From NCBI GenBank assembly GCA_030651135.1, contig JAUSCS010000009.1, positions 22,844-86,843 of the forward strand: a DNA stretch of 64,000 bases. The letters are read 5' to 3'. Below, in pieces: positions 28,926 through 37,054 of the stretch (position 1 is the stretch's first letter; each line of letters opens with the position of its first letter). The notes beneath the pieces are model-generated. The model saw only the letters and a program-made list of their open reading frames with translations. It was not told where the DNA came from and made no database searches. The stretch is from Candidatus Woesearchaeota archaeon. Lineage in GTDB: Archaea; Nanobdellota; Nanobdellia; Woesearchaeales; JACPBO01. A program made the translations under genes and the position numbers.

Positions 28926-29509
28926 TCGATCTGCCTTATTATTCTTAAAAAATTATTGTCATTTATGTTATTTTTATAAATCTTGCAGCTTTCAATCATT
29001 TCTTTCCTGTTTATTTTTATACTTTTCTCTTTTAACAGTTCTGAAACAAAATCTGAGACCAGAAAAACCGAGAACTGCGTGACATTGGCTGGCCTTTCGA
29101 TATAATGAGCGCGCTCGAAGTCGACCAGAACAGGTTTATTATGCTTGGTTATTATAATGTGCTTGTGCGGATGCGACATCTCTTCCTTGTTTATTTTCAG
29201 CTTGTCTAATTGATATAATTGATCATAGAGTGTTTTTATCATTTTCAATATTATATTTTTATTGTTCTCTTTTTCAATAAAATCCAGAAAATAAATGCCG
29301 TCAATAAACTCCATTCCCAGCTTTCCATTTTTAAAAAATAAAGCCTTTGGCCCGATATTCTTTTTGTTCAGTATTTTCAAGAATCTGAATTCATTCTCGA
29401 TCCTGTTCTCAGCCCTGCTTTCAGGATTTTTTATTTTGATGATTATTTTCTTGTTCTTGTATTTGGAAAAATAAATCAATCCGCGCTTGCCTTTTTTGTA
29501 GATCTGCAT
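28922..29509 (-). CDS. Small atypical protein kinase (Bud32/RIO/Kdo-kinase-like)
   Basis: An N-terminal Gly-rich/Lys region, a catalytic-loop-like HPHKHIIITKHN, and a DFG-equivalent LVDFERA. Confidence 0.4.
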   Translation of the reverse strand: MQIYKKGKRGLIYFSKYKNKKIIIKIKNPESRAENRIENEFRFLKILNKKNIGPKALFFKNGKLGMEFIDGIYFLDFIEKENNKNIILKMIKTLYDQLYQLDKLKINKEEMSHPHKHIIITKHNKPVLVDFERAHYIERPANVTQFSVFLVSDFVSELLKEKSIKINRKEMIESCKIYKNNINDNNFLRIIRQIE

Positions 29510-29530
29510 TTTGTTATCACTTCAATTTTC

Positions 29531-30097
29531 CTATAATTCTTCCAGAATGTCTTTCTTTTTATATTCTACGTTGCTTCTTTTTAATATCTCATCAAATTCC
29601 ATTGAATGTTCAAGAGGAATTTTTACAACGCCTGCCGAAATCCTTATCCCATTAAGCATCTTAAGAATGCCTTCTTTTTTTCTGCCTGCAAGGATATAGT
29701 TAAATTTTACTTTTTGAGAATGGTTTAATCCTTTTAAATTATACCAAAATAAGGAATACGACCTAAATCCGAGTGTTTCACAAAATTTTCTATTTTTAAA
29801 AATGCTTATGCCCTCAAAAAATACACCCGTTCTTGCCATGAATTCATTTGAAAATAAATCTTTCAGCAATATCTGTTTTATATCAATGTCTTCTTCAAGC
29901 TTTTCTTTTATTTTATTTTTTATTGCCTGAATGGCATTGAGCCTTTCCTCCAAACTTCCTGCCAGAAAGATAACAAGTATATCTATATCTCTGGCTTTAT
30001 ATTTTCCTTTAACCAGCGATCCGTATACAACAATATCAAATATTTCCTTTCCTGCTTTTTCAGATTTCAAGCATTTTTCTAATTTTTTCAATATCAT
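29531..30097 (-). CDS. Minimal nucleotidyltransferase (MNT)
   Basis: IFDIVVYGSLVKGKYKARDIDILVIF matches the GS...DxD motif. Confidence 0.6.
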   Translation of the reverse strand: MILKKLEKCLKSEKAGKEIFDIVVYGSLVKGKYKARDIDILVIFLAGSLEERLNAIQAIKNKIKEKLEEDIDIKQILLKDLFSNEFMARTGVFFEGISIFKNRKFCETLGFRSYSLFWYNLKGLNHSQKVKFNYILAGRKKEGILKMLNGIRISAGVVKIPLEHSMEFDEILKRSNVEYKKKDILEEL

Positions 30098-30398
30098 TTT
30101 TTATCAATTCCGCGGATTCCTTGTCCATCTTTTTAGTGTAACTGTCTTGGTAAAAAGGGAAATCCCTGTCCACTATTTTGTAGATTTCTCTGAATTTCTC
30201 CTCAAGAACCCTGAATCTGTCAGAGTGGGAAGTCGGGACACGGCCTTCTTTTCTGAGGATGTATATATCGCATAAAGCAACTAGTGCTTTAAAGAAAAGA
30301 GTCGTAGCTGTATTATGCTTGCCTTGTTTAAATGCGCTTACACCGAGCTCGTAATACTCATAAAAATTTTCTTTTAATATTCCTTCCTTTTCATTCAT
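30060..30398 (-). CDS. HEPN-domain protein (Rx4-6H motif)
   Basis: RVPTSHSDRF carries R-x4-H. All-helical, 112 aa. It overlaps the MNT start. Confidence 0.5.
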   Translation of the reverse strand: MNEKEGILKENFYEYYELGVSAFKQGKHNTATTLFFKALVALCDIYILRKEGRVPTSHSDRFRVLEEKFREIYKIVDRDFPFYQDSYTKKMDKESAELIKNDIEKIRKMLEI

Positions 30399-30443
30399 GT
30401 ATGATACAACTTAATATGAGTATTTAAGCTTTTTGGTTGTAAT

Positions 30444-30509
30444 ATACAACAATTCATACAGTACAACAAAATAACGTTATTTTGTAGTTTATGTTGTACA
30501 ATACAACAA
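30444..30509. promoter_or_regulatory. TACAACAA direct repeats plus palindrome TGTTGTA-CAA-TACAACA upstream of the HEPN-MNT pair
   Basis: The motif occurs at 30444-30452 and 30462-30470 and as an inverted pair at 30493-30509, within the 118-bp gap between the TrmB gene end and the HEPN start. Confidence 0.45.
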
Positions 30510-30516
30510 AGCTCAA

Positions 30517-31254
30517 TCATTTCCTCGCCTGTTTCCACATTAGCTTAAATTGATTCAGGTAGCTCATTGCATTGTCCTTGTTCTTAATAACAACAGCAAT
30601 CGGCGGCTTTGCAGTCCAGATAAATAAGATTACTGTGTCTTTGTAGATCATTGTGTCTGTAATGCTTGAATATTCCTTTGGATGAAATCTTGCTTCGCCA
30701 ATATAGTCTTTTAATAATTGAGAATTTTTTTCTTTTATTTCTTCATTAAAGATGCAATACGATTTTATTCCTTGCTTTCTCTTTCTTTTCTGCCACAGCT
30801 CCCAGTATGGGCCCATTATATCTTTAAACAATCCAGAAACTCCAAAATCATAATATTCTCCTTTATTGCCAAGCTCTTCCAGTATTTTGTCCAATACAGA
30901 GCGAATTCCTTTAATGCCATAATAAACAGTAACTTCCTGCTTTTCCTTGCTTGCTTCTAATCTTGATTTAAGAATCGGCATTATTTCTTGTAATTTTTCC
31001 TGCCTTTCCTTTAAAACATCCATCAATCGTTCAGGGCTTGCAGGCTCAAAATGCTGCTTTTTGCCTTTAATAACAGATGAAACAAGGCCTTTTTCCTTTA
31101 ATCGCTGCAGGATCTGATAAGTTGTTCCCCTATGCAGGCCTGTTTTCTTGATTACTGCCCCTGCTAAAGTTGATCCTGTTTCTATTAATGCAAGATAGAC
31201 TTTTGATTCTGCTTCTGACAAGCCTAGCTCTTCTAAAACATCAAGTTCCGGCAT
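30517..31254 (-). CDS. TrmB-family transcription regulator
   Basis: N-terminal LGLSEAESKVYLALIETGSTLAGAVIKKTGLHRGTTYQILQRLKEKGLV HTH plus a TrmB-like C-terminal domain. Confidence 0.6.
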   Translation of the reverse strand: MPELDVLEELGLSEAESKVYLALIETGSTLAGAVIKKTGLHRGTTYQILQRLKEKGLVSSVIKGKKQHFEPASPERLMDVLKERQEKLQEIMPILKSRLEASKEKQEVTVYYGIKGIRSVLDKILEELGNKGEYYDFGVSGLFKDIMGPYWELWQKRKRKQGIKSYCIFNEEIKEKNSQLLKDYIGEARFHPKEYSSITDTMIYKDTVILFIWTAKPPIAVVIKNKDNAMSYLNQFKLMWKQARK

Positions 31255-31255
31255 T

Positions 31256-31885
31256 TTATACCATCAACTGCCTTATTATGTTGATAAATTCCTCTGCAGT
31301 ATTGATCGCTCGTATTGCATTGTATTCCTCTACACTAAGTGTTACATTATAGGTAAAGGTTTCTCTGTCATTTCTCACCAGGTCATACTGTTTAGCATAC
31401 TCGTAGGCTTTTTCTTGAAAGTCTTCAACACTGATTTTTTGAATTTGAGCAGTAGTTTCGAAAGTCTTTAAATATTCTTCATAAAGATGTTTTGCTAACT
31501 TTTTAGTTTTGACTAAATAATACAGTATAATATACTCCGTCGTTATATGAACTCCCCTTAAGCCTTCCCTTAGTTTTGTTTTGTATTTTAATGCCAAAAA
31601 TGCATGAACAATATAGTACATGGAATAATAAGCAGCAGCTACAGCTTCTGCATAATCTTTATATCCTTCACCGACCTTGAGGATCTTTTTATCAGAGTCC
31701 TCTTTAGAAGCATTATAGATGAGTTTTGCTGTTTCCAATCTGTTCCTGCTTTTTTCCCGATAGAAATCAGCAATTTGGTGCTTTTCTGTTTCAGAGAGCT
31801 TTTTCAGATCATTCGATTGGGTAAGCTCTAAAATTCGTTTTTCTGCAATTATGATCTTCTTTTCGATTAAATCCTGCATTTTCAT
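31256..31885 (-). CDS. HEPN-like protein, partner of the upstream HTH-MNT
   Basis: Helical 209-aa protein. Paralogous to 50746-51303 (shared AAAYYSMYYIVHAFLAL / LAYYSMYHCLLAALF segment). Confidence 0.4.
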   Translation of the reverse strand: MKMQDLIEKKIIIAEKRILELTQSNDLKKLSETEKHQIADFYREKSRNRLETAKLIYNASKEDSDKKILKVGEGYKDYAEAVAAAYYSMYYIVHAFLALKYKTKLREGLRGVHITTEYIILYYLVKTKKLAKHLYEEYLKTFETTAQIQKISVEDFQEKAYEYAKQYDLVRNDRETFTYNVTLSVEEYNAIRAINTAEEFINIIRQLMV

Positions 31886-32490
31886 CTTTTATACGCCCCA
31901 TTCAGTAATTGATAATACCCTTCTACACCATATAAAATAACATGGTATTTTCTCGCTTCATTTCCTATATTTAATGCACCGGGATTAAGAATCATTTCCC
32001 TAAAATCATTTGTATCGATAAAATTCGGCGCTTTTTTTACTTTTGTGTACGCTTTGTGCATTGCATCTTCTATTTCACGTATATCTTTTTTATCCCGAAC
32101 AATAATTAATAAGTCAAGGTCGGATTTTGCTGTTTGAAGTCCTTTAGCATAAGAGCCAAAAACAAGCAAAATAAAAAAAAGATTCTTGGCAGATATAAAA
32201 ATATCTTCAAGCATCACTTGTATCCACGGGTATTTTTGCAGTAAGTCCTTTTTTCTTTTTAGTTCAATATCAACAAAAACAGGGGTTGGCGCGAATTCAT
32301 TTAATGTGACAATCTGTGCAGGGGGAACAGGCTCTTTTTTAATGATGTTTTTCTTCTCCAGATCAGCAATATTATTGTAAACCAAGGTATATGACTTGCC
32401 TAGTTTTTTAGCAATGCCTCTAATGGTAGGCTTCTCTTCGGGATGGCTTAATAAAAAAACTAAAATTTGTTCTTGGGTCTTGGTTAGCAT
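31882..32490 (-). CDS. HTH-fused minimal nucleotidyltransferase
   Basis: An N-terminal wHTH (TIRGIAKKLGKSYTLVYNNIADLEKKNII) then FGSYAKGLQTAKSDLDLLIIV. Paralog of 51278-51835. Confidence 0.6.
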   Translation of the reverse strand: MLTKTQEQILVFLLSHPEEKPTIRGIAKKLGKSYTLVYNNIADLEKKNIIKKEPVPPAQIVTLNEFAPTPVFVDIELKRKKDLLQKYPWIQVMLEDIFISAKNLFFILLVFGSYAKGLQTAKSDLDLLIIVRDKKDIREIEDAMHKAYTKVKKAPNFIDTNDFREMILNPGALNIGNEARKYHVILYGVEGYYQLLNGAYKR

Positions 32491-32701
32491 TTTTTATTAT
32501 ACTAATGGTAGTATCAACTGATATTAATTATAAGTTATATAAAAATGTTTTGTTTTTGACTCTGACAATACAGGCAAGTAAAAGCAAAGCGTCTATTTAA
32601 ATCTTTCTATTCTGTCGTCTTGATTAAGACTACAATAATTTAAATACCTGCCACACTATTACTACTATGAGGTAAGTAAATATAAGATGATGTGAGGAAA
32701 A

Positions 32702-33061
32702 ATGAAAACAAACCGAGATACGGTATTGATGAGCGGACTGCACGACCTGGTCGCAGAGGGGGTCTTGCATTTCAGTGAATATGATGTGGATTGCATAAAG
32801 AGTAACTTGGACAGCCACACCACATACTACATAGACTCGACCAAGAATCTGGGCACTCACATAGCCGACATGGTAAAAAGCGACAAGATAGGTATAGTGG
32901 CCAGAAACTGGACCATAATGGACCGCGTGGATACCGCACTGACAAAGAGAGATTATCGATGTGATGACTCTTCGTGGGGCAACCATGGCAGTTATGGGAT
33001 GTACAGTTACCACAAGGATACCAGACTGAATAAAACCCATCTGAGAATAACAAAAGACTGA
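32702..33061 (+). CDS. Hypothetical protein, first gene of a compositionally atypical cassette
   Basis: 119 aa. Codon third positions are conspicuously G/C-rich (gac ctg gtc gca gag ggg gtc ...), unlike the surrounding genome. No family recognised. Confidence 0.4.
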   Translation: MKTNRDTVLMSGLHDLVAEGVLHFSEYDVDCIKSNLDSHTTYYIDSTKNLGTHIADMVKSDKIGIVARNWTIMDRVDTALTKRDYRCDDSSWGNHGSYGMYSYHKDTRLNKTHLRITKD

Positions 33062-33102
33062 GATTAACTAAAAAAAATAATAAATCAAGGAGGTAAAGGA
33101 AA

Positions 33103-33333
33103 ATGGAAAGACAATACCAAGAAATTTACGGTGGAACAGTTGATGTGTCAAGAGAGGAAGAAACTCTCAAATATGGATTAACTGAAACAGGAACACTTAG
33201 TGAGAGAGGTTTAAGAAGCACAGTAGAACAGATAAGAAATGAATTTTTAGATAGTGCTTTGAGAACACAAAAAATTATTGGTAAACCTATCTCACTCGAA
33301 TATACAATATATGAAATTTCGGAGAAAAAATAA
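33103..33333 (+). CDS. Hypothetical small protein, cassette gene 2
   Basis: 76 aa, preceded by a strong AAGGAGGT Shine-Dalgarno. Confidence 0.4.
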   Translation: MERQYQEIYGGTVDVSREEETLKYGLTETGTLSERGLRSTVEQIRNEFLDSALRTQKIIGKPISLEYTIYEISEKK

Positions 33334-33349
33334 ATAAAATCAGAGGTAA

Positions 33350-33667
33350 ATGAAAATGGTATCGATAGATGTGTATAAAGCAAAATATTCAGGCAAAAAA
33401 GAAGATTGGCAAAGTACTTATTACGCCGATTCAGATGAAGCATCTTGCTTTACTAGTTATCTAAAAGGGGATACCTTGAGGGAATTAGCAGAAAATCTAC
33501 CGAAAATTCCAGTAGACTATACTCGTGGAGTGTTTGAAATAAACTACTCACCGCCTTTTCATACAAAAGTGTCTTCTGGTGGTATAATCAAGTTAAAGCA
33601 CCTTAATTTATTAGAAAGAAGAATTTTCGAGTATTATTTAAGTAAAAATTTGCGAAAAGAAGGTTGA
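33350..33667 (+). CDS. Hypothetical protein, cassette gene 3
   Basis: 105 aa, preceded by a GAGGT Shine-Dalgarno, 16 nt after gene 2. Confidence 0.4.
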   Translation: MKMVSIDVYKAKYSGKKEDWQSTYYADSDEASCFTSYLKGDTLRELAENLPKIPVDYTRGVFEINYSPPFHTKVSSGGIIKLKHLNLLERRIFEYYLSKNLRKEG

Positions 33668-33685
33668 AGTTATTGCAAATCCATT

Positions 33686-34222
33686 TTATTTTTGGATCAA
33701 ATAAACCATCAAATCCTCAAAAAACACGTGCTTTTTGCACAATAATCTGTATTTTAACTTGTTTTTCTTTATCAAACTATTAATCATTCTCGGATTTGTC
33801 AGCGATGAAAAAACCATCAGAATAATGCCTTCTTTTTTAAGATAGTTATTTGCTTTGCTCAGAAACCTTTCAATAACCTCATATCCTTTTTTGCCGCCTT
33901 CTATGGTTATATCCTTGACTTTCAGATCAGAAGGCAGATAAGGCGGATTGAAGATAATGGTGTCAAATTTTATGTTTTTAACATTGGAGAACAAGTTGCT
34001 TTGCCTGAATGTTATTTTTTTGTTTTTATTTTTATTTTTTAAATGATCAATAACATCTTTTTGCACATCTGATGCAATAACTTTCTTTACGTCTTTCTTT
34101 TTTGCTGCTTCTATTGCCTGTATCCCTGAGCCTGTTCCGAGATCAAGCACAACTCCTCTTGCATATTTCCTGACTTGCTCCGCTAATAAATAAGAATCAT
34201 CACTAGGCTCATAGATCGTCAT
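33686..34222 (-). CDS. HemK/Mtq2-like N5-glutamine (protein) methyltransferase
   Basis: SAM motif VLDLGTGSGIQAIEAA and substrate motif IIFNPPY. Confidence 0.7.
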   Translation of the reverse strand: MTIYEPSDDSYLLAEQVRKYARGVVLDLGTGSGIQAIEAAKKKDVKKVIASDVQKDVIDHLKNKNKNKKITFRQSNLFSNVKNIKFDTIIFNPPYLPSDLKVKDITIEGGKKGYEVIERFLSKANNYLKKEGIILMVFSSLTNPRMINSLIKKNKLKYRLLCKKHVFFEDLMVYLIQK

Positions 34223-34358
34223 TTTCCAGGATTAAGCCCTTCACACATTGTAATGAGATTTCCGCAGTTGTCGCATTCATAATTAGTATAGCGGGAATTG
34301 CCGCTGTCCATGACACCTTTTCTGACCATCTTCCCGACTTTGCATTTTATGCACAGAA
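34219..34358 (-). CDS. Small 4-Cys zinc-ribbon protein, translationally coupled to the methyltransferase (Trm112-like candidate)
   Basis: My translation: MNNILCIKCKVGKMVRKGVMDSGNSRYTNYECDNCGNLITMCEGLNPGK. Its stop TGA overlaps the methyltransferase ATG (ATGA). Confidence 0.35.
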
Positions 34359-34364
34359 TATTGT

Positions 34365-34838
34365 TCATTTGAATTCCTCATCTATTTTTTTAACATACTC
34401 TTTTACCCTTGCTAATATTGAGCTTAATAAAAAGCTTTCTATTTTCTCGTTGAATACATCAAGGATCATTGAATGCTCTGTAATTCTGTACATGTTATCT
34501 ATTTTTTCTATCAGGAACAAATCCCTCAATCTTTTTAGCTGCCTTCTTATGTTTGATCCTGCTATTCCGAGCATTGCAAGCTTATGGCTTTTTCTGAGCT
34601 CTTTAACCTGCTCTTCAACATCAACACTGCTTAATTCTTTCTTGTTTTTCTTAGCATCCAATAAAACATAGAGAACATCAACAACAACATCTCGGGAATC
34701 ACCTGGCTGCAGCAAGCCAAGGCTCAGGCATAATTTTTTAACAAGATCCCTTCTTTCAAGGTTTTGCGGCTTTTCATATCTCCTTAAAGTTATTTCAGCC
34801 AGCGGCGTGTCTTTCGAGACTTTTTGATCCATGGTCAT
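34365..34838 (-). CDS. Hypothetical helical (winged-helix-like) protein, first gene of the MTase operon
   Basis: 157 aa. LRRYEKPQNLERRDLVKKLCLSLGLLQPGDSRDVVVDVLYVLL. Family not recognised. Confidence 0.35.
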   Translation of the reverse strand: MTMDQKVSKDTPLAEITLRRYEKPQNLERRDLVKKLCLSLGLLQPGDSRDVVVDVLYVLLDAKKNKKELSSVDVEEQVKELRKSHKLAMLGIAGSNIRRQLKRLRDLFLIEKIDNMYRITEHSMILDVFNEKIESFLLSSILARVKEYVKKIDEEFK

Positions 34839-34879
34839 TTATTAGAATAGCTTGTTTATATAGGTTTTGATTGAAGGTT

Positions 34880-35731
34880 TTATTTCACCTGAAATCCTCC
34901 ATATCCAACAGCTTTTTCATCAGCATAAACAGTTCGCCATTCAGTGTAATGGGTTTTTTTAGTTCCTAATGCGATCCTTCCCTCTGCTATCATCTTCAGT
35001 ACAGTTGTCAGGGCAGGCCAGTCGCTAATTTCTTTCTGCCTACCTTGATGGCCTTTCTTTTCTTTTGTTCCATCAATATATTGCCGTAAAAGAGCGTCTC
35101 TTTCCTGAACCGGCAATCTTAAAAATTCTTCATCAACAGGCAAAACATGCCCCTGTGCCAGAATCTCGCCATGGTCTGGCTTTCCGTCAACTATTATTAC
35201 CGATGACCTTGTTTTTGTTTCACCTGCTTTTATCGCATCATAAACAGCATCATCCCCGATGTATTTTCTGCGTGGCTCATTATACTGATAAACCTTAACA
35301 AAATGGTCTCTGGAATCCCTTGGAATGGAAAATTCTGAAAAATCCAGAATAGAAAGATCAGCAGGATGCACATTGATTATTTTATCTTTAAAACAGCTTA
35401 ACAAGGGTTCTTTAACCAGCCTCATATAGCCGCCGAGAACAATAAGATCTATTGCAAAGTCATTTTCTTTCTCATACCTTTTTAATAGATCCAATATCCG
35501 CTTATTATAGTCAATGCTTTTTTCACCTTCTTCTTTTTTAAGAAACCTCTTCTCAACATTAGCCAGCTCTTCAAGTACCAATAGCCCAGCATTCTCTTTA
35601 TCTGAAAAGATCAGTTTCGGCTTTATCACTTTAGCGCATTCCCTCAGGTTAGTCCCAGATCCAGATCCAAAGCCGACCCAGTTGAAATCTTCGTATTTGC
35701 CTGAATAGATTGGAGTTATTTTTTCTGTCAT
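34880..35731 (-). CDS. purN: GAR formyltransferase-like (PurN family) with extension
   Basis: GFGSGSGTNL, INVHPADLSIL and GETKTRSSVIIVDGKPDHGEILAQ align to PurN motifs. It opens the pur cluster. Confidence 0.55.
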   Translation of the reverse strand: MTEKITPIYSGKYEDFNWVGFGSGSGTNLRECAKVIKPKLIFSDKENAGLLVLEELANVEKRFLKKEEGEKSIDYNKRILDLLKRYEKENDFAIDLIVLGGYMRLVKEPLLSCFKDKIINVHPADLSILDFSEFSIPRDSRDHFVKVYQYNEPRRKYIGDDAVYDAIKAGETKTRSSVIIVDGKPDHGEILAQGHVLPVDEEFLRLPVQERDALLRQYIDGTKEKKGHQGRQKEISDWPALTTVLKMIAEGRIALGTKKTHYTEWRTVYADEKAVGYGGFQVK

Positions 35732-35735
35732 TTTC

Positions 35736-37043
35736 TCATAAAGCCTTATTTGCTATATCTTTTCTATAGATAAATACAATCTTATTATTCAGCCTTGTTG
35801 TAGTGTCATCAATAAAGTGTACTGCTTTATAAGCTCTTGATCGGGCATCTCTGATTCCATCAGCAGAATATACAGTAACTCCCAATACTCTTCCGCCCGT
35901 GGTCACTATCTGCCCATCTTTTATTCCAGTACCTGCATGGAACACTTTAACATCAGACAAGCCAGAAACCTCTTCAAGACATCCGATCGGCAACCCGGTT
36001 TCATATTTTCCAGGATAACCATTGGAAGCCATCACAACGCAGCAAGAAGCGCCTGGATTGAACTCAACATTTACTTCGTCAAGTTTTCCATCGAGAGCAG
36101 CTGAGATTGCCGGATATATGCCTCCCTTAAACATCATAACAGATGGCTGGGCTTCAGGATCTCCAAATCTACAGTTATATTCTAGAATCTTAAGCCCATC
36201 TTCCGTCATAATAACAGCGGCATATAAAAACCCTTTGTACTCTCTGCCCTCCCCTTTCATTTTCCTGACTAATGGAGTCATCATTGTATCTGCAACATAC
36301 CTTACCACCCCTTTGTCTGCAATAGGAGCTGGGCCATAAGCACCCATTCCACCCGTATTAGGACCCAAATCATTATCAAGCAAACATTTATGATCTTGCA
36401 CAGACATTTCTAAAGGAATTACTCTTTCACCATCAGAAATTCCAAAAACAGAAAATTCCTGTCCAAACAATCTTTCAGCAACCAAAACATTAGGCCCATA
36501 CAGCTTAGCATGGTCCTCTAATTTAGATAAAGCTTCTTCTTTGCTACCACAGACATAAACACCCTTTCCTGCCGTCAAACCGCGGGCTTTAATAACAACG
36601 CCTTTGCTTGTACTCATTTGGTGTATGGCATTTAAAGCTTCTGATGTTGTAGAGCAGCAAATAGATCTTGCCTGAGGAATACCTGAGTTCGCCATTAAAT
36701 CATGCGATAAAAATTTGTCAGATTCTATTTCAGCAGCAACACTTCTTGGGCCAAATATTCTATAAAACCCCCTTTGGTTGAAAATATCAACAATGCCGTC
36801 AACCAAAGGTTGCTCTGGACCGACAACAACCATATAAACCTTTTCGTTCATAACAAGATCATAAAGTCTGTCAACATTCTCTTTTTTTGCCACATTAATG
36901 TCCACATTCCTGCATTTTTCATCTTTTCCAGTTCCTGCATTTCCAGGAGCATATAGTACTTCATCCACTTTAGGATCCTGAGCAATACTCCACCCTAATG
37001 CATGCTCTCTTCCGCCTGATCCAATAACTAAGACTTTTGCCAT
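35736..37043 (-). CDS. purD: Phosphoribosylamine-glycine ligase
   Basis: MAKVLVIGSGGREHALGWSI, an ATP-grasp core. 435 aa. Confidence 0.85.
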   Translation of the reverse strand: MAKVLVIGSGGREHALGWSIAQDPKVDEVLYAPGNAGTGKDEKCRNVDINVAKKENVDRLYDLVMNEKVYMVVVGPEQPLVDGIVDIFNQRGFYRIFGPRSVAAEIESDKFLSHDLMANSGIPQARSICCSTTSEALNAIHQMSTSKGVVIKARGLTAGKGVYVCGSKEEALSKLEDHAKLYGPNVLVAERLFGQEFSVFGISDGERVIPLEMSVQDHKCLLDNDLGPNTGGMGAYGPAPIADKGVVRYVADTMMTPLVRKMKGEGREYKGFLYAAVIMTEDGLKILEYNCRFGDPEAQPSVMMFKGGIYPAISAALDGKLDEVNVEFNPGASCCVVMASNGYPGKYETGLPIGCLEEVSGLSDVKVFHAGTGIKDGQIVTTGGRVLGVTVYSADGIRDARSRAYKAVHFIDDTTTRLNNKIVFIYRKDIANKAL

Positions 37044-37054
37044 TTTGTTTACTC

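Noticed and set aside
32630-33053. Minus-strand ORFs of 136 and 93 aa overlapping the first cassette gene
   Set aside because: The GC-rich plus-strand gene creates open antisense frames. The plus-strand gene has a Shine-Dalgarno and a TATA-like element, so the antisense ORFs are taken as artefacts.
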